From the NCBI RefSeq assembly GCF_040938485.1, contig NW_027271495.1, positions 372,001-436,000 on the forward strand: a DNA stretch of 64,000 nt. The letters run 5' to 3'. This document shows positions 1 through 11,036 of the stretch, piece after piece. The translations under genes were made by a program, and so were the position numbers. Each line of letters starts with the position of its first letter. Positions within the stretch are counted from its first letter, which is position 1. The DNA is from Diadema antillarum. Lineage: Eukaryota. The notes under the pieces are model-generated. The model ran no database searches and was not told the origin of the DNA. It was given only the letters and a program-made list of their open reading frames with translations.

Positions 1-123
1 CACTGAGGGATCAACCAACCAATCTCTGATGTCTTCAGCCTCAGGCTCTGGGGGTCTCTTCAACATCACAGGCTTTGAGGAGGATGTCTCTAAAGATGAC
101 TCTCAGCTTACTGTGGAAGGAAG
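1..123 (+). CDS. HMG20A: HMG20A/B-like, first visible coding exon (5' truncated by window): TEGSTNQSLMSSASGSGGLFNITGFEEDVSKDDSQLTVEG
   Basis: Only frame 2 is open. Donor AAG|GTATGT at 123/124, phase 2, matches the next exon. Low-complexity N-terminus, so assigned by splice-phase continuity rather than homology. Confidence 0.7.
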
Positions 124-653
124 GTATGTGTACACGTGTGCTGATATCACACATTCCTGTCACTAGTTGTTAGATACCATTCGAAGATACAACAGTATGT
201 ATGTGTATTAAAACTTGTTTAAATACAAATGGGTAGGAACTTACACCATACACCTGTTTTTAAGAAAAACGTACTGTAAGTTCTGTTTTTAATGATGATG
301 AATTTTAGCTTGCTATCCATCCAGGGATGATGCAAGCAGATGCAAGTATAAAAATCTGGCATCTGCAGTGTTGTTTGTTTACTTTGTTGACTCTTTTCAG
401 TCAGTGAGGCATACTGCCAACAGCCATTGTGATTTTGCCTGCATTTGCATCCTCTCCTTGAATGGAGAAGAAGAAGAAGAAAAAAAAGGAGAAATCTAAT
501 CATGATTCACTATCTTCCAGTGATCTCCAGTCTTTCTGATTACTGCTCCTTTGCTTGAATATCAATTTTGAGATGTGGAAGTCGTTGAACCCGTTCTTCC
601 ATACGTGCACCCATTGAAGGTTTTTCTAATTGATCAACTATGCATATTTCCAG

Positions 654-739
654 CTTTAGTCAGTCCACCACACCAAATGTCACTGGAAGCCTGGACCAGT
701 CACTCAGTAATCCGCAGATTATTACAGACATCTCACAAG
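654..739 (+). CDS. HMG20A: HMG20A/B-like exon (S)FSQSTTPNVTGSLDQSLSNPQIITDISQ
   Basis: Acceptor TTCCAG|C, donor AAG|GTAAGC. Phase 2 to phase 1 exactly bridges the flanking exons. Confidence 0.75.
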
Positions 740-1344
740 GTAAGCACAAAATGTTCATCTGAAATATTTTTCGGGATATCATTCATGTATTCACTCCTCC
801 CACTGGTGTACTCTTCCGATCAGCTATCAGCCATTATGAATAGCTTACCTTGAAAAATTACCTCAAACAATGTTTTGACTGGCTATTTTACATAATTGCA
901 AAATACATGTTTTATCATACGTGAAAAAAAAAAATGTAGTGTCCATAAGTGACATGTCAGATGTGTCATGTATAAACTGTATGAAACTTACAAGTGTAAA
1001 CTTGGAGAAACCATAGACATTGAAAATAATGGGTAAGAATTTTTTTCACTTATGAATAGATCCTTGTCAGCTCCTATCTAAACCTTAGACACTTCACAAC
1101 AGCACATTGGAGACTCAGTCTAAAAAGCTAATTTATATGAAAGACAGAGTTGTTTTATGTTAAAACTTCAAAGAGCTACTAACTACAGTTGACATCGAGT
1201 GCAAAATTTTATTATTATGCTAAAATTCACAGCATCATGAATTTAGATGACTTGTTAGTTTGGTGTTTAATGTGTCCAACAGAACCCTGAAAGAGTGCTG
1301 TGACCCTGATAGTAAAGTTCTCTTCCTATTTCATTTGATCACAG

Positions 1345-1406
1345 TGGACATTCTACAGCAGGATGCTCCTTCACAGGATGCCACGGATAACAACAAAGAT
1401 GCAGAG
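1345..1406 (+). CDS. HMG20A: HMG20A/B-like exon (V)DILQQDAPSQDATDNNKDAE
   Basis: Acceptor ATCACAG|T, donor GAG|GTAACA. Phase 1 to 0, in frame with the HMG-box exon. Confidence 0.75.
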
Positions 1407-1962
1407 GTAACAGTATCATTCATGAGCATGCTGTACGTGTGTCCTCGAAGAAATATCATTTGTATCAGAAATACAGCATCATGCTAATAGTATATAATCT
1501 TAGTGGATGCATCATTTGCAGCACACTGCACGCATAATGAAGAAGTAAGAATCAGCCCTTTGCCTCCATGCTGTTATCCAAAAAAGTAATGTCTGTAATC
1601 ATCCTTTAGAAACTAACATCCGCTCAAGTTGTCAGATTTTTCAATTTTCATATGTCAGAGAGTAAAAAACAAAAACAAAACAAAAACAAAACAAAAAACA
1701 AAACAAAACAAACGACATACTGTGTCATGAATATAGTTTACATTGAAGGTGCAAATACAGTAAAGGAGGAATGATCATTAGAAATGCTATGCCACCAGTA
1801 CTATACTGTTAGATCAGTGTTGCTGCCTTTGATTAGAGATCATATGATTAAGTATGTCAAATATAGTATTTTGAAATTACAGCATAAATAAACCTATGGA
1901 GAGGCTCTCCTTTTCTATGTGTTCATAAAAACATGTTTTCTCTTTCTCTTTCACTCCTTCAG

Positions 1963-2181
1963 ACTGCGTCGAAGGGTAAAGGGGGATGGCCAAAGGGTAA
2001 GAAGAGGAAGATGAAACCCCTGAGGGACCACAACGCCCCACGGGCCCCCCACACAGGCTATGTGAGGTTCCTGAAGGAAGGCCGCGAGAAGATCAGAGCA
2101 GAGAATCCCAACATGAGCTTTGCGGAAATCACAAAGCTGTTAGCAGGCCAGTGGTCCAAAATGACCCCAATGGAGAAGCAG
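1963..2181 (+). CDS. HMG20A: HMG20A/B HMG-box exon [16 protein letters not shown]...[13 protein letters not shown]...[10 protein letters not shown]
   Basis: GWPKGKKRK motif plus HMG-box helices typical of HMG20A/B. Acceptor TTCAG|, donor CAG|GTTAGT, 73 codons. Confidence 0.97.
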
Positions 2182-2276
2182 GTTAGTCTGCTTCTTTAGA
2201 TATACATCGCACATTTGTTTGTAAACAATTTTAGGAATCTCTAATGTGTCATGGTGTAAACCCTGTGTGTACCACA

Positions 2277-2564
2277 TTATTACCTCCGCCAAGGGAGAAG
2301 GTTGTGTTTTCATTACCATTAATTTGTTTGTTTGTCCATGTGCAAAATAACTCAAAAAGTTGTGCATGGATTTGGATGAAACTTGCAGGAAATATTGAGA
2401 ATGACACAAGGAACAGATGATTGAATTTTGGTAGTGATCTGACATAGGGATTTTATGAAGGATTTTTTATATTTCGGCAGGTAGGGTCAATGAACTTGGG
2501 AGTTCAAGTTACATGTACGCATTTTTGAGGTTTTCACACAAGCACAAAAGTGCTTGCTCTAGTT
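2277..2564 (+). mobile_element. Helentron-associated (HINE-like) non-autonomous element, family A, short copy
   Basis: Starts TTATTACCTCCGCCAAGG, has TTTGTTTGT microsatellite and GATGAAACTTG core, ends in hairpin GCACAAAAGTGC followed by CTAG. Homologous to copies at ~6330 and 58281. Confidence 0.7.
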
Positions 2565-2666
2565 TCTGCTACACGCAATGAGCAAAATTATAGAGAAAAT
2601 TTTAAGCTGTTCTATGATATAACTTTTATGACAAATCTGTGATTATTTTTTCTTGCAAATGACCAG

Positions 2667-2843
2667 GGCCCCGTTGCAAGAAAGTTGCAATCAATTGCAA
2701 ATAATTGCTAATTTTGAAACAACCATTCTGATCGGCTCAGGGTCTGCCCTATTAAGAAGACATGCATGCAACAATGATTTTGATTGGCCAGTGACAATCA
2801 GTTGCAAGTTGCGTTTAAACGCAAAGTTTCTAGCAACGGGGCC
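2667..2843. mobile_element. PIF/Harbinger-type MITE
   Basis: TIRs GGCCCCGTTGC(A/T)AGAAA, 3-bp target duplication CAG (2664-2666, 2844-2846). Confidence 0.85.
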
Positions 2844-3482
2844 CAGGTTACATAATTGCACAGGCATGACTTTTGCACAGCACACAAAACATTTAGAGAA
2901 ACATAGAATTTACTCAGAAATTTTCATTTCATTGCTCGGTGGCATTTGGCGTTTTATCGATCGGTTTGGGCAGGTTTGTGCATTTGAGCAAAATATGCGA
3001 ACTTCGTACGCCATCGACTGAGACAGACATGTGAATGTGGCATATCAGATAAGCACTGAGTGTGGGGTGAAGTAACATGAAACACGTGTTGCAACCAGCT
3101 GGTTTTATAAAGTGTTGCGTTGAAGACCGTCACAACACTTACCTTGATCATGCTCATCTACCCGTAAATTTTGCTCAATCCTAGTAGGTTTTTACCCACC
3201 ATGTCCCTCTCGACCTATTAGTGTATCACAATACATGGCCACGCAAAGGTAATGATAATCACAGGGTCCTCTAGTAGAGCAGTTGTAACATTGCATAGGC
3301 TACTTTGGAGAACAAGCACCATATTATTATGCCTTGTAGCAGATAAGCAGAGAATTGGCAGTATAGAAGATTAGGAGTGGTTGACTCTGCCCTTGTACAT
3401 AACAGTGTAATATACCGCATAAATTTTGCATGATATGATCATCTCACTGTGTTGCATCACTCTCAATCCATCCCGGTATCAG

Positions 3483-3650
3483 CGCTACCTGGACGAGGCG
3501 GATCGGGACAAGGAGAGGTACGCCAAGGAGCTGCAGCAGTACCAGCAGACGGAGGCCTTCAAGGCTTTCACCAAGAAGCAGGAGGAGCGCAAGCTGCGCA
3601 ACGAGATGATGGAGGCTGAGGAGTCCCAGATCAATGGCTCCTCCATGGAC
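3483..3650 (+). CDS. HMG20A: HMG20A/B exon [26 protein letters not shown]...GSSMD (end of HMG box)
   Basis: Conserved RYLDEA..DKERY.KEL.QYQ.TEA motif. TCAG| acceptor, GAC|GTGAGC donor, phase 0 to 0. Confidence 0.97.
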
Positions 3651-3694
3651 GTGAGCAAGGGGGTGCTTCTACTGTCTATGTCATAGGCCACATT

Positions 3695-4113
3695 TGAGCT
3701 CTAAAAAGCAAACTGCAGCAAACCAAACAATACCGTACCCTACCATACCATGCCAGTTTGGAAGCATTTGATGGAGAAAGCATACCTTATGAGTGACTTT
3801 CGGACTTGAGTCAGAGGGGTCACACATTGTGTGTGGCAACAGGGTAATGCACCTGGTGTGATTACATGTATGCTACATACAGTTTTCCTGAAAAGAGAAT
3901 TAACTCTTTGCATTATGATATAGTACGTGTGACGCGTATTCTTCTCATGCCAACTTCAAAGGTACTATATGATATGGTTTAGGAGCACATCGAGAAGTGG
4001 TCCACTTTTGGCACAGTATGATACAATGTGGTACACTTTTGGAGTTTTTGAGCTCTCCTCTGTTTTGGGTATGGTACGGTACGGTACGGTACAGTATGCT
4101 TTAGGAGCGCTCA
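3695..4113. mobile_element. Degenerate TIR element with inverted (TACCG)n/(CGGTA)n sub-terminal microsatellites
   Basis: Left end TGAGCTCTAAAAAGCAAACTG...TACCGTACC is the approximate reverse complement of the right end GGTACGGTACAGTATGCTTTAGGAGCGCTCA. Confidence 0.55.
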
Positions 4114-5428
4114 GATACACCCATAGTCATAGGACATAGTTGATTAGTACAGTAGTCTCCTGTATAATGGGATACAGTTTAAGCTTGTATTTGGTGCTCT
4201 GCTCATTTGACGCGCAGGTTGGACTATCAGTTATGCATGTTATGTTACCTGACATTAAATGTTGTAGGCATTTAAGGTTAAATGGGCATACATGCTTAAA
4301 GAATGCTCTGTTTTCATAGCTTCCAACAGAAAATCTTCAAAATGCACTTGAATATAAATTCTTAAAAAAAACTCTGACATGCTGAGAAGAGATACAGCCT
4401 TTAATATTTTAGCCTGTTGTTCATTTTGCAAACCTCAGTTGATCTTTGAAATTCACTAAAAGAAAACTAGTGAAAATTATATGGCAGATATTTCACAGAC
4501 TTCATTAAAAGGTAACTGACACTGTGTATTTCAGTATCCCAATACACATTGAATTTCACCCTAGCCCAATACAATAAAGACCATTTTTACTAATGCTATT
4601 TACCATGGAAACAACAAATCAGCTGTCAAAATCCTGCGAATTTGCCAAAGTAGTTGCAACCATCTTTTTTTTTCTTTTAAAAAAAAAAAGTAAATGCTAC
4701 AACATTTAATAGGCAGCGGAGCCCTGTAAATGCAGCTGGCATCAAAATAACTGAACTTCACTCTAGGATTACACCAGATTGCAAATTAGGGAAGGAAAAT
4801 GACAGAGTTCATAGAATGTCCCATTTATTCCGAATGTAGGTGGATTGCTTGTCCTCCTATGATATCGTTTTCCTGTATGTCTATTGTTGCATTACTGTAA
4901 GTAAAATGACACCTCTTATTAGCTGCCAGTACATTATGAGCTTCAAAGTGCTCGAAGTGCTAATGATACGCTGTAATCTTTTCCTGATCAGTCTGCCAAA
5001 ATTAAACTTTGCTCTCATATTTTTTTTTTTAATGAGCTGTAAGAAGCTTTCTACTAAAACCAGTCAGAAATATCTGTGAGAGGGACTTTCACAAAGCTGT
5101 TTTGATTAAAAAATCAGCGTAGTTACATGCAAGCAATATGGCAGAGAGAGAAACATAGAAACATATTCATTGGTATACCTATCAGGCAAAGCTATTTCCA
5201 TTCATATGTTGGTTATTAGGATGCCACAAAATATCTATCTTGATTTTGTGACTTGACACCTCCATTTTATAAGCAGTGAATGACCTTTGCATTAGTCCTC
5301 TATGTTCTTCGAGTGCCGATTAGCACAGATAACTCCATAGCATTGTACACTCTGTCAAAAGCCCCTGGCAGGGAAAGAGTTAATTTACCATTTGCAGATG
5401 AAACAAAAACCCAACATTAGTGCTTTAA

Positions 5429-5513
5429 CCCATTGATGACAGACTGATTTTGCTACAACACGCATTTCCCATAGGCACCTGCCTGAGTATTCTCGGAATT
5501 CGTCCTCAACGGG
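5429..5513 (-). mobile_element. 85-bp piggyBac-type MITE, copy 1
   Basis: TTAA flanks, CCC(G/A)TTGA(G/T)GAC TIRs, internal CCGAGTATACTCGGG-like hairpin. Six copies in the window. Confidence 0.85.
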
Positions 5514-5870
5514 TTAAAATAGTTCTAAAACGTGAGTTGGGGATAGAAACAACCACTGTAAAAATGTGAATCCGTATAATCGATGTTAAGTGTTGTTGAA
5601 TACACAAAATGTGAACAATAGTTTATGATAAAAATGTTTCCAGACTAAACCATACTACAGTTTCGGTTTATTGAGAAAAACACTGATATCTCCTTATATT
5701 TTAGGCTTTATTGCAAAAATGTTATATGGTAAGATGCTTTGTGATACAATAGACCTACACATATGCATCAAATGTGATATCTTGAACATTTTTTAAATCA
5801 CTGCTTCCAAAGGTTAATAGGACCTTTAATCTTTCACTCCTTCACAATGACTGCTATCTTTCCCTTCCAG

Positions 5871-5949
5871 TTCATCGATGACAATAGGGAAGAGATTCCT
5901 GGCTTTGACATCCCTATCTTTACAGAGGAATTTCTGAACTACAACAAAG
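5871..5949 (+). CDS. HMG20A: HMG20A/B exon FIDDNREEIPGFDIPIFTEEFLNYNK
   Basis: Hallmark FDIPIFTEEFL..NK motif of HMG20 proteins. TTCCAG| acceptor, AAG|GTGAGT donor. Not present in the ORF track. Confidence 0.97.
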
Positions 5950-6329
5950 GTGAGTGACTATTAAAGTTTGATCAACTTTCGAGACAGTTTTAGACCAAAA
6001 GAGAGAGATTGAGGGATGAACATGTCAAATCGTAAACTGGATAGGGTTTGTGAAGTAAAACAAGGCTCAAAGTTTTCTGAGGACATTTTGCTGCCAGCAG
6101 ACACAAAATGAGACAACCTTTTCTGCTGATCTAGTAGCCAGACCATCATGTGAAATGTAATCAAATAGCAAGTTTGCTGTCTGCTTTGCAGAGTATGATC
6201 CATTGCAAAAGTAGTTTATGGATGCCCAACTTTGTAACTGCATGCACACAAATCTAAAATCTTTTGTGGTATTGGGTATGTAAACTATAGCCCAAACTTT
6301 GATGAGGAGGGGGGAAGGGAATGATTTTT

Positions 6330-6671
6330 AAAAAAGATTTTGATGAAACTTGCTGGAAAGTTGATAAGGACATTAGGAACAGATGATTTAATTTTGGTAG
6401 TGATCCAGATGGCCATCTGGATCCAGGATTTTTTTTTTGGAAGGATTCAGTGCCAACGAATGAGGGAGTTCAAGCTGTGCATACATTGTACTTGAGGTGT
6501 GCATACATTATGTGCAGCATGCACAGTCAAGGCGCAGCAGGGAGCCGAGGTACCCATAGACTCTTGAGACACTACATTGGGAAATACAATGTAGGTTGAT
6601 TTTCAGCATGTGTGTAGTCCTGGAAATGAGCTGCTTGGTGGAGGTCAGTGCTCTCCAAGTGCGTTTCTAAT
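6330..6671 (+). mobile_element. HINE-like family A, 5'-eroded copy
   Basis: Shares the GATGAAACTTG...GAACAGATGATT...TTTTGGTAGTGATC core and the 3' end AATGAGCTGCTTGGTGGAGGT with the 58281 copy. Confidence 0.65.
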
Positions 6672-6699
6672 CTTACCACTGTCTCTCCTTGGCATGCAG

Positions 6700-6915
6700 C
6701 AAGGGAGAACGAGCTGCGGCAGCTGAGGAAGTCGACCACGGAGTACGAGGAGCAGAACGCCATCCTTCAGAAGCACATCGACAAGATGAAGGAGGCCATC
6801 GATAAGCTGGAGGCGGAGACTGTGCAGCAGCGCAACACCAATGTGGCACTGCAGAGCCACCTGCAGCAGCTGCGGGCAACGCTGACCGCCAACTTTGCCG
6901 GGGTGCCCCTTCCAG
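6700..6915 (+). CDS. HMG20A: HMG20A/B coiled-coil exon ARENELRQLRKS...EEQNAILQKH...FAGVPLP
   Basis: Conserved ARE.ELRQLRKS..E.EEQNA.LQKH coiled coil. GCAG| acceptor, CAG|GTGAGC donor, phase 1 to 1. Confidence 0.97.
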
Positions 6916-7653
6916 GTGAGCAACGTGGCAGTCCCATTAATGATGCCATTTAGCCAGGGTCCAGGACCCACTTCTGGGCCGTGGAAGTTCCAGGTTTAAA
7001 GATGCTATCTAGTACTGTCATAGCCTTATTTTGTAACATATATTACAAAGAACCATAGTTGGGCAAGAGAAAGATAAACTTTAGGCAGGACAAACTATGC
7101 CCTAAGCGGGAGGCACTAAGCTAGAGCTGGAGAAATTCCGATTCGGATGGGAGAGGTGGAGATTTTGTTAAAATGGCCTCAAGGCGGAAGATCTCCCATG
7201 GAGTCTCTGCTTCCGTTGTGACTTCATTTGCCTGGAATACAAAAGCCAATATTAGAGAATTTATCTTCCCAGCTGGTACAGAGGCATTTTGAAGAGCATT
7301 ACATTTTCTGCTAATCAGAGGATTCAGATTGAATATTTTGTCTGTCTTGATTCCTTCAACATCTGATGCATGTGGAGTAAAGTTCTTCAGACCATTGGCA
7401 TCTCTGCACAGTGTCTCACTGCCTCCTCTCCCCCTCCCGCCCCGCCCCCCGGCCACGTACAGCTCCTGAGGGAGAACATTTTCAAGAGAAAGACTAAAAG
7501 CAACACCTATTTCCTACATTTCTAGCCATGATCACCGCCACCATCCTTCAACTCCCCCCAACCCCCCATCCGATCCTATCCACCTCTCAGTGTGGTGCAT
7601 GAGTGTCTTGTGAAGATAATACGTGTACATCTTGTGTTACTTGAATGTCCAAG

Positions 7654-7792
7654 GCTCGAACGAGGTGCCCTCATTGACCACAGTGGACTCCTACATGACC
7701 AAGCTGCACCAACTCATCATGGACTCACCGCAGGAGAACGAGAACCTCATCACTAACGTCAGGGAGATCGTCAACAGACTGGATCTGCACGG
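7654..7792 (+). CDS. HMG20A: HMG20A/B exon GSNEVPSLTTVDSYMTKLHQLIMDSPQENENLITNVREIVNRLDLHG
   Basis: Matches the HMG20 C-terminal region (DSYM..LH.II..PQ.NE.LI..VRE+V.RLD). Donor GG|GTAAGG overlaps an in-frame TAA. Confidence 0.93.
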
Positions 7793-8363
7793 GTAAGGGT
7801 CGGAGCTGCTGGAGGCAGTCTGGTCACTTTGTGCTGCTCAGGGCAAGCAGTTTATTTTAAAGAGACATCTCTATTATTTTCTATCATTTTAACAAACACG
7901 CTTATAACAAAACTCTCGTTACAAAGAAGTTACAATTCAGACACCAAAATTATTAGCTATATGTCTTTATGTTCCATGTTGTTTTGCTGTAACAAAATAT
8001 CAATACAGCGAAAGAAAACTGCCAGTCCTGAGGACTTCATTATAATGGGAGTCACCTGTAGTAGGCAGTGATCAAAACATAGCAACATTTTAAGAGTTTA
8101 AAGTGCTTTGGTTAGTACTTGGTGTAAAGCTAGTTTATTTCATTTGAAATTCAAACTTGCACTTACAATATATATGTTTTGTGGTGAATATATATATTTT
8201 TTCGTAGTTGTGAATTTAGACTGACCTATATCATATTGTGATTGAAAGAAACTGGCAGTTGTAAACCTGTATAGTTTTTCCTGTTATCTTACCAGTTTCC
8301 TGTTGTTTTCTTCATATTTTTCTGTTTTTCTTTTGATTCCTTGTTTGCTTTATATGTCTGCAG

Positions 8364-8385
8364 TGATGTGGATCCAAAATTATGA
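8364..8385 (+). CDS. HMG20A: Probable terminal coding exon of the HMG20 gene: (G)DVDPKL-stop
   Basis: Long polypyrimidine tract (~8290-8360) and CTGCAG| acceptor. Phase 2 fits the upstream donor. TGA at 8383-8385. Confidence 0.65.
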
Positions 8386-9279
8386 CCAGCATGGGCTCAC
8401 CAGTGATATGTTTTGTGGATGAAATACAACTTGTACAGCTGCACTGATATCAAAGAGGACCTGTGAAAAAACAGTCAAAAGGAGGGGAAGAAGATGGATG
8501 TTGCCAGGAAAAGAAAACAGCAACAACTGCAGTTTCTGATCCTCGTAGTAGAGACTCCCAAGTTCTCGCAGAACACGCTCTGATGGGAGAAGAGCTACAA
8601 ACATGTAAATAAGTCCTGCTGTAAGTAAGCTGCCTGTATGTGTATGTTGTATATACAATCTTCTGAGGAGATTCCGGGATTTGCCAAAAAACGTCAAAAG
8701 AACAAATGAGCTGATGCACCCCTCCCTCACACCCTCTGCCCCTGGGAGTTTGTCGCCTTGGATGACGTGCGTGCCGCGGTGACAAGTTTTTTTCGCTCTC
8801 GACCTGCCAAGCGGAGTGGTAGATGCGAGGAAGATTAGGGTAATGGACAGATGGGTGTCGTGTAGCAAACAAACAATAGCTATGATTTATATCGATGTAG
8901 GTTTTGAATCATCCAGGATAACAACATGTACTAGTAACTCAATCTGTTTGACTGGACTTCTTTGCCATGATAACAAAGACAACAATTTTGTGACTTTACC
9001 GAGTCTCTTTTTCAGCTCTAACTGAATGGCAAGCGTTCAACCGTGACTAATGAATGGGTAATGCAACTGCCTTTATTGTTTAGACATCGAAGAATTTTCC
9101 GGATCACCGATTCGTATTTTAGTGGAAGGTTGTGTCGGAGTCCCCCTCCTTTGTTGAGGGAGGGACTTTTTCAAGTTCACATATACAGCTTCGCGGACGA
9201 TCTGGTTTCCTTGTCGAGGATGGCATCTTCTTTGTCCTCAAAGCAATGTCCAGTGTGTAAACAATTATAGGCAGTAATA

Positions 9280-9969
9280 TGTGACCGTGCACCTCAAAAC
9301 GAACATAAAGTCGCACACACTGATTTTGCGCGAGGACTGAAAATTAGTGAAATGGGTCAACCTAGCCGAACTAGACTTTTTAATATTTTCTGAAAGAGCG
9401 GGTCTTCTTTTACATTATGCTGAAATTTGGTATCATAAAACGGGCAGGAAAGTGTGTTTTTTAGCAGTTTATCTCGAACATTTTTGGTAGAATAGTGTGA
9501 TTATGTGTGTCTTTAGAACCCTGTTTTCATTTCTGAAAAACCTCGTCCACACTCTTCACTTTCAACTCTAGTAACTTTTGGAAGAATAGTGCTACTGCTT
9601 TGAAAGTTGGCATTGATTATGGACAGAATGTGTTAATGAGGCATGCTCAATTTCAATTCAATCTGATAATCCCTTCATTGTTGTTACTCTGATGGTTTAC
9701 TTCCTGTTTTTTGTCCCATTCATTGCACAGCCAGCACGGTTTAGTAAAGATTAAGCGCTTGAATAGACACTGTACTTCAGAGCCGCTTTTCTCAGTTCAC
9801 ACTTTTCCTGAGTTTGTGCTTTCTTTCCAATATTTAGATAGGTTAGGAGAATCCATTTGATTTGAGTTATACATCATTTTAAAGCTTAAAGTCTGCTCTT
9901 TCAGAATATGGACTTAACTAAAAATTCATGTCTGGCGACTTTTTGTTTGTTTTGAGGTGCACTGTCACA
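9280..9969 (+). mobile_element. 690-bp TA-flanked non-autonomous DNA transposon, copy 1
   Basis: TIRs TGTGAC(C/A)GTGCACCTCAAAAC.AAC..AAAGTCGC, TA on both sides. Highly similar copies at 41481 (inverted) and 63640. Orientation is arbitrary. Confidence 0.92.
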
Positions 9970-10517
9970 TATTGTCCATTCATCCATCACGGCTGAATGC
10001 TAGCTAGTCAGTTGGAGCCAAAAAAGTTACTTGGACAAGTCATGAAGATGTTATAAAGCTCTGTGTTTTTCACAAGGAGGTCCGGTCAAACAGATTCAAC
10101 TATGCATTTTTAGTAGCTATGATTATCAATTTTGTTCTACGAGATGAATGTGTATACTAAATGTTCAGTCTTAACAAGAGGATATTATCGTGTAAAACTC
10201 AAAGGTACACTAGTGACTGGCACCATATAGTGAAGAGGAATGCAATACAATCAATTAGCATCCCAAACCCCAAGTGAATACATTTTCTTCAAAGGCAGTA
10301 CCATTGACTGTTTTATGTTTCCATTGACATTTTTTTTTAACACAATGGAAATATTTACATTTTCTTCTTCTAATTTATAAGAGAGACTGCCACATGTGTT
10401 TATGTTTCCATTGACTTTTTTTTTTTAACACAGTGGAAATATCTACATTTTCTTCTTCTAATTTACAAGATAGACTGCCACGTGTGAAAAAGAATGTCGT
10501 TTTCATAGGCACATTAA

Positions 10518-10602
10518 CCTGTTGAGGACGAGTCCCGAGTATACTCGGGCAGGTGTCTATGGGAAATGCGTGTTGTTGCAAAATCAAACTGTCCTCAACC
10601 GG
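10518..10602 (+). mobile_element. 85-bp piggyBac-type MITE, copy 2
   Basis: TTAA|CCTGTTGAGGAC...GTCCTCAACCGG|TTAA, perfect internal palindrome CCCGAGTATACTCGGG. Confidence 0.88.
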
Positions 10603-10815
10603 TTAACATTTACTCTTGGTCATGAAAATCCTGCCTGCCTTACACCTGTAACATGTAACAAACTGTCATACAACAATATACTGTGTATATGGTGAAAACA
10701 GCAGTAGCATGTGAAAAGGGTGTGAGCTGCATATGCAATAGACTGCTGTACAACTGTATCTGTGTATTTCTGTCTTGTGATCTTGTGTGTTCTTCTGTTC
10801 ATTTATCCCTTGTTA

Positions 10816-11036
10816 CTGTATAAGCTGTTATTTTCGCGAGGGTTCAATTTTTGCGAATTTCACGAATCACAGTTGGATCGCTAATTTAACAACACGCGAA
10901 AATGACTCCATGCGCTGTGTTAATGGAGCATTAACGTAAGCGACGGCGTCGATTTGCGAAAACAACGTCTCGCGAAAATGTTTGTGACCTCGTCATTCGC
11001 GGAAATATCTGTACGCGAAAATATCAGCGTATACAG
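10816..11036. mobile_element. Tc1/mariner-type MITE (TA target duplication)
   Basis: TA|CTGTATAAGCTGTTATTTTCGCG ... CGCGAAAATATCAGCGTATACAG|TA. Degenerate relative at 57162. Confidence 0.85.
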
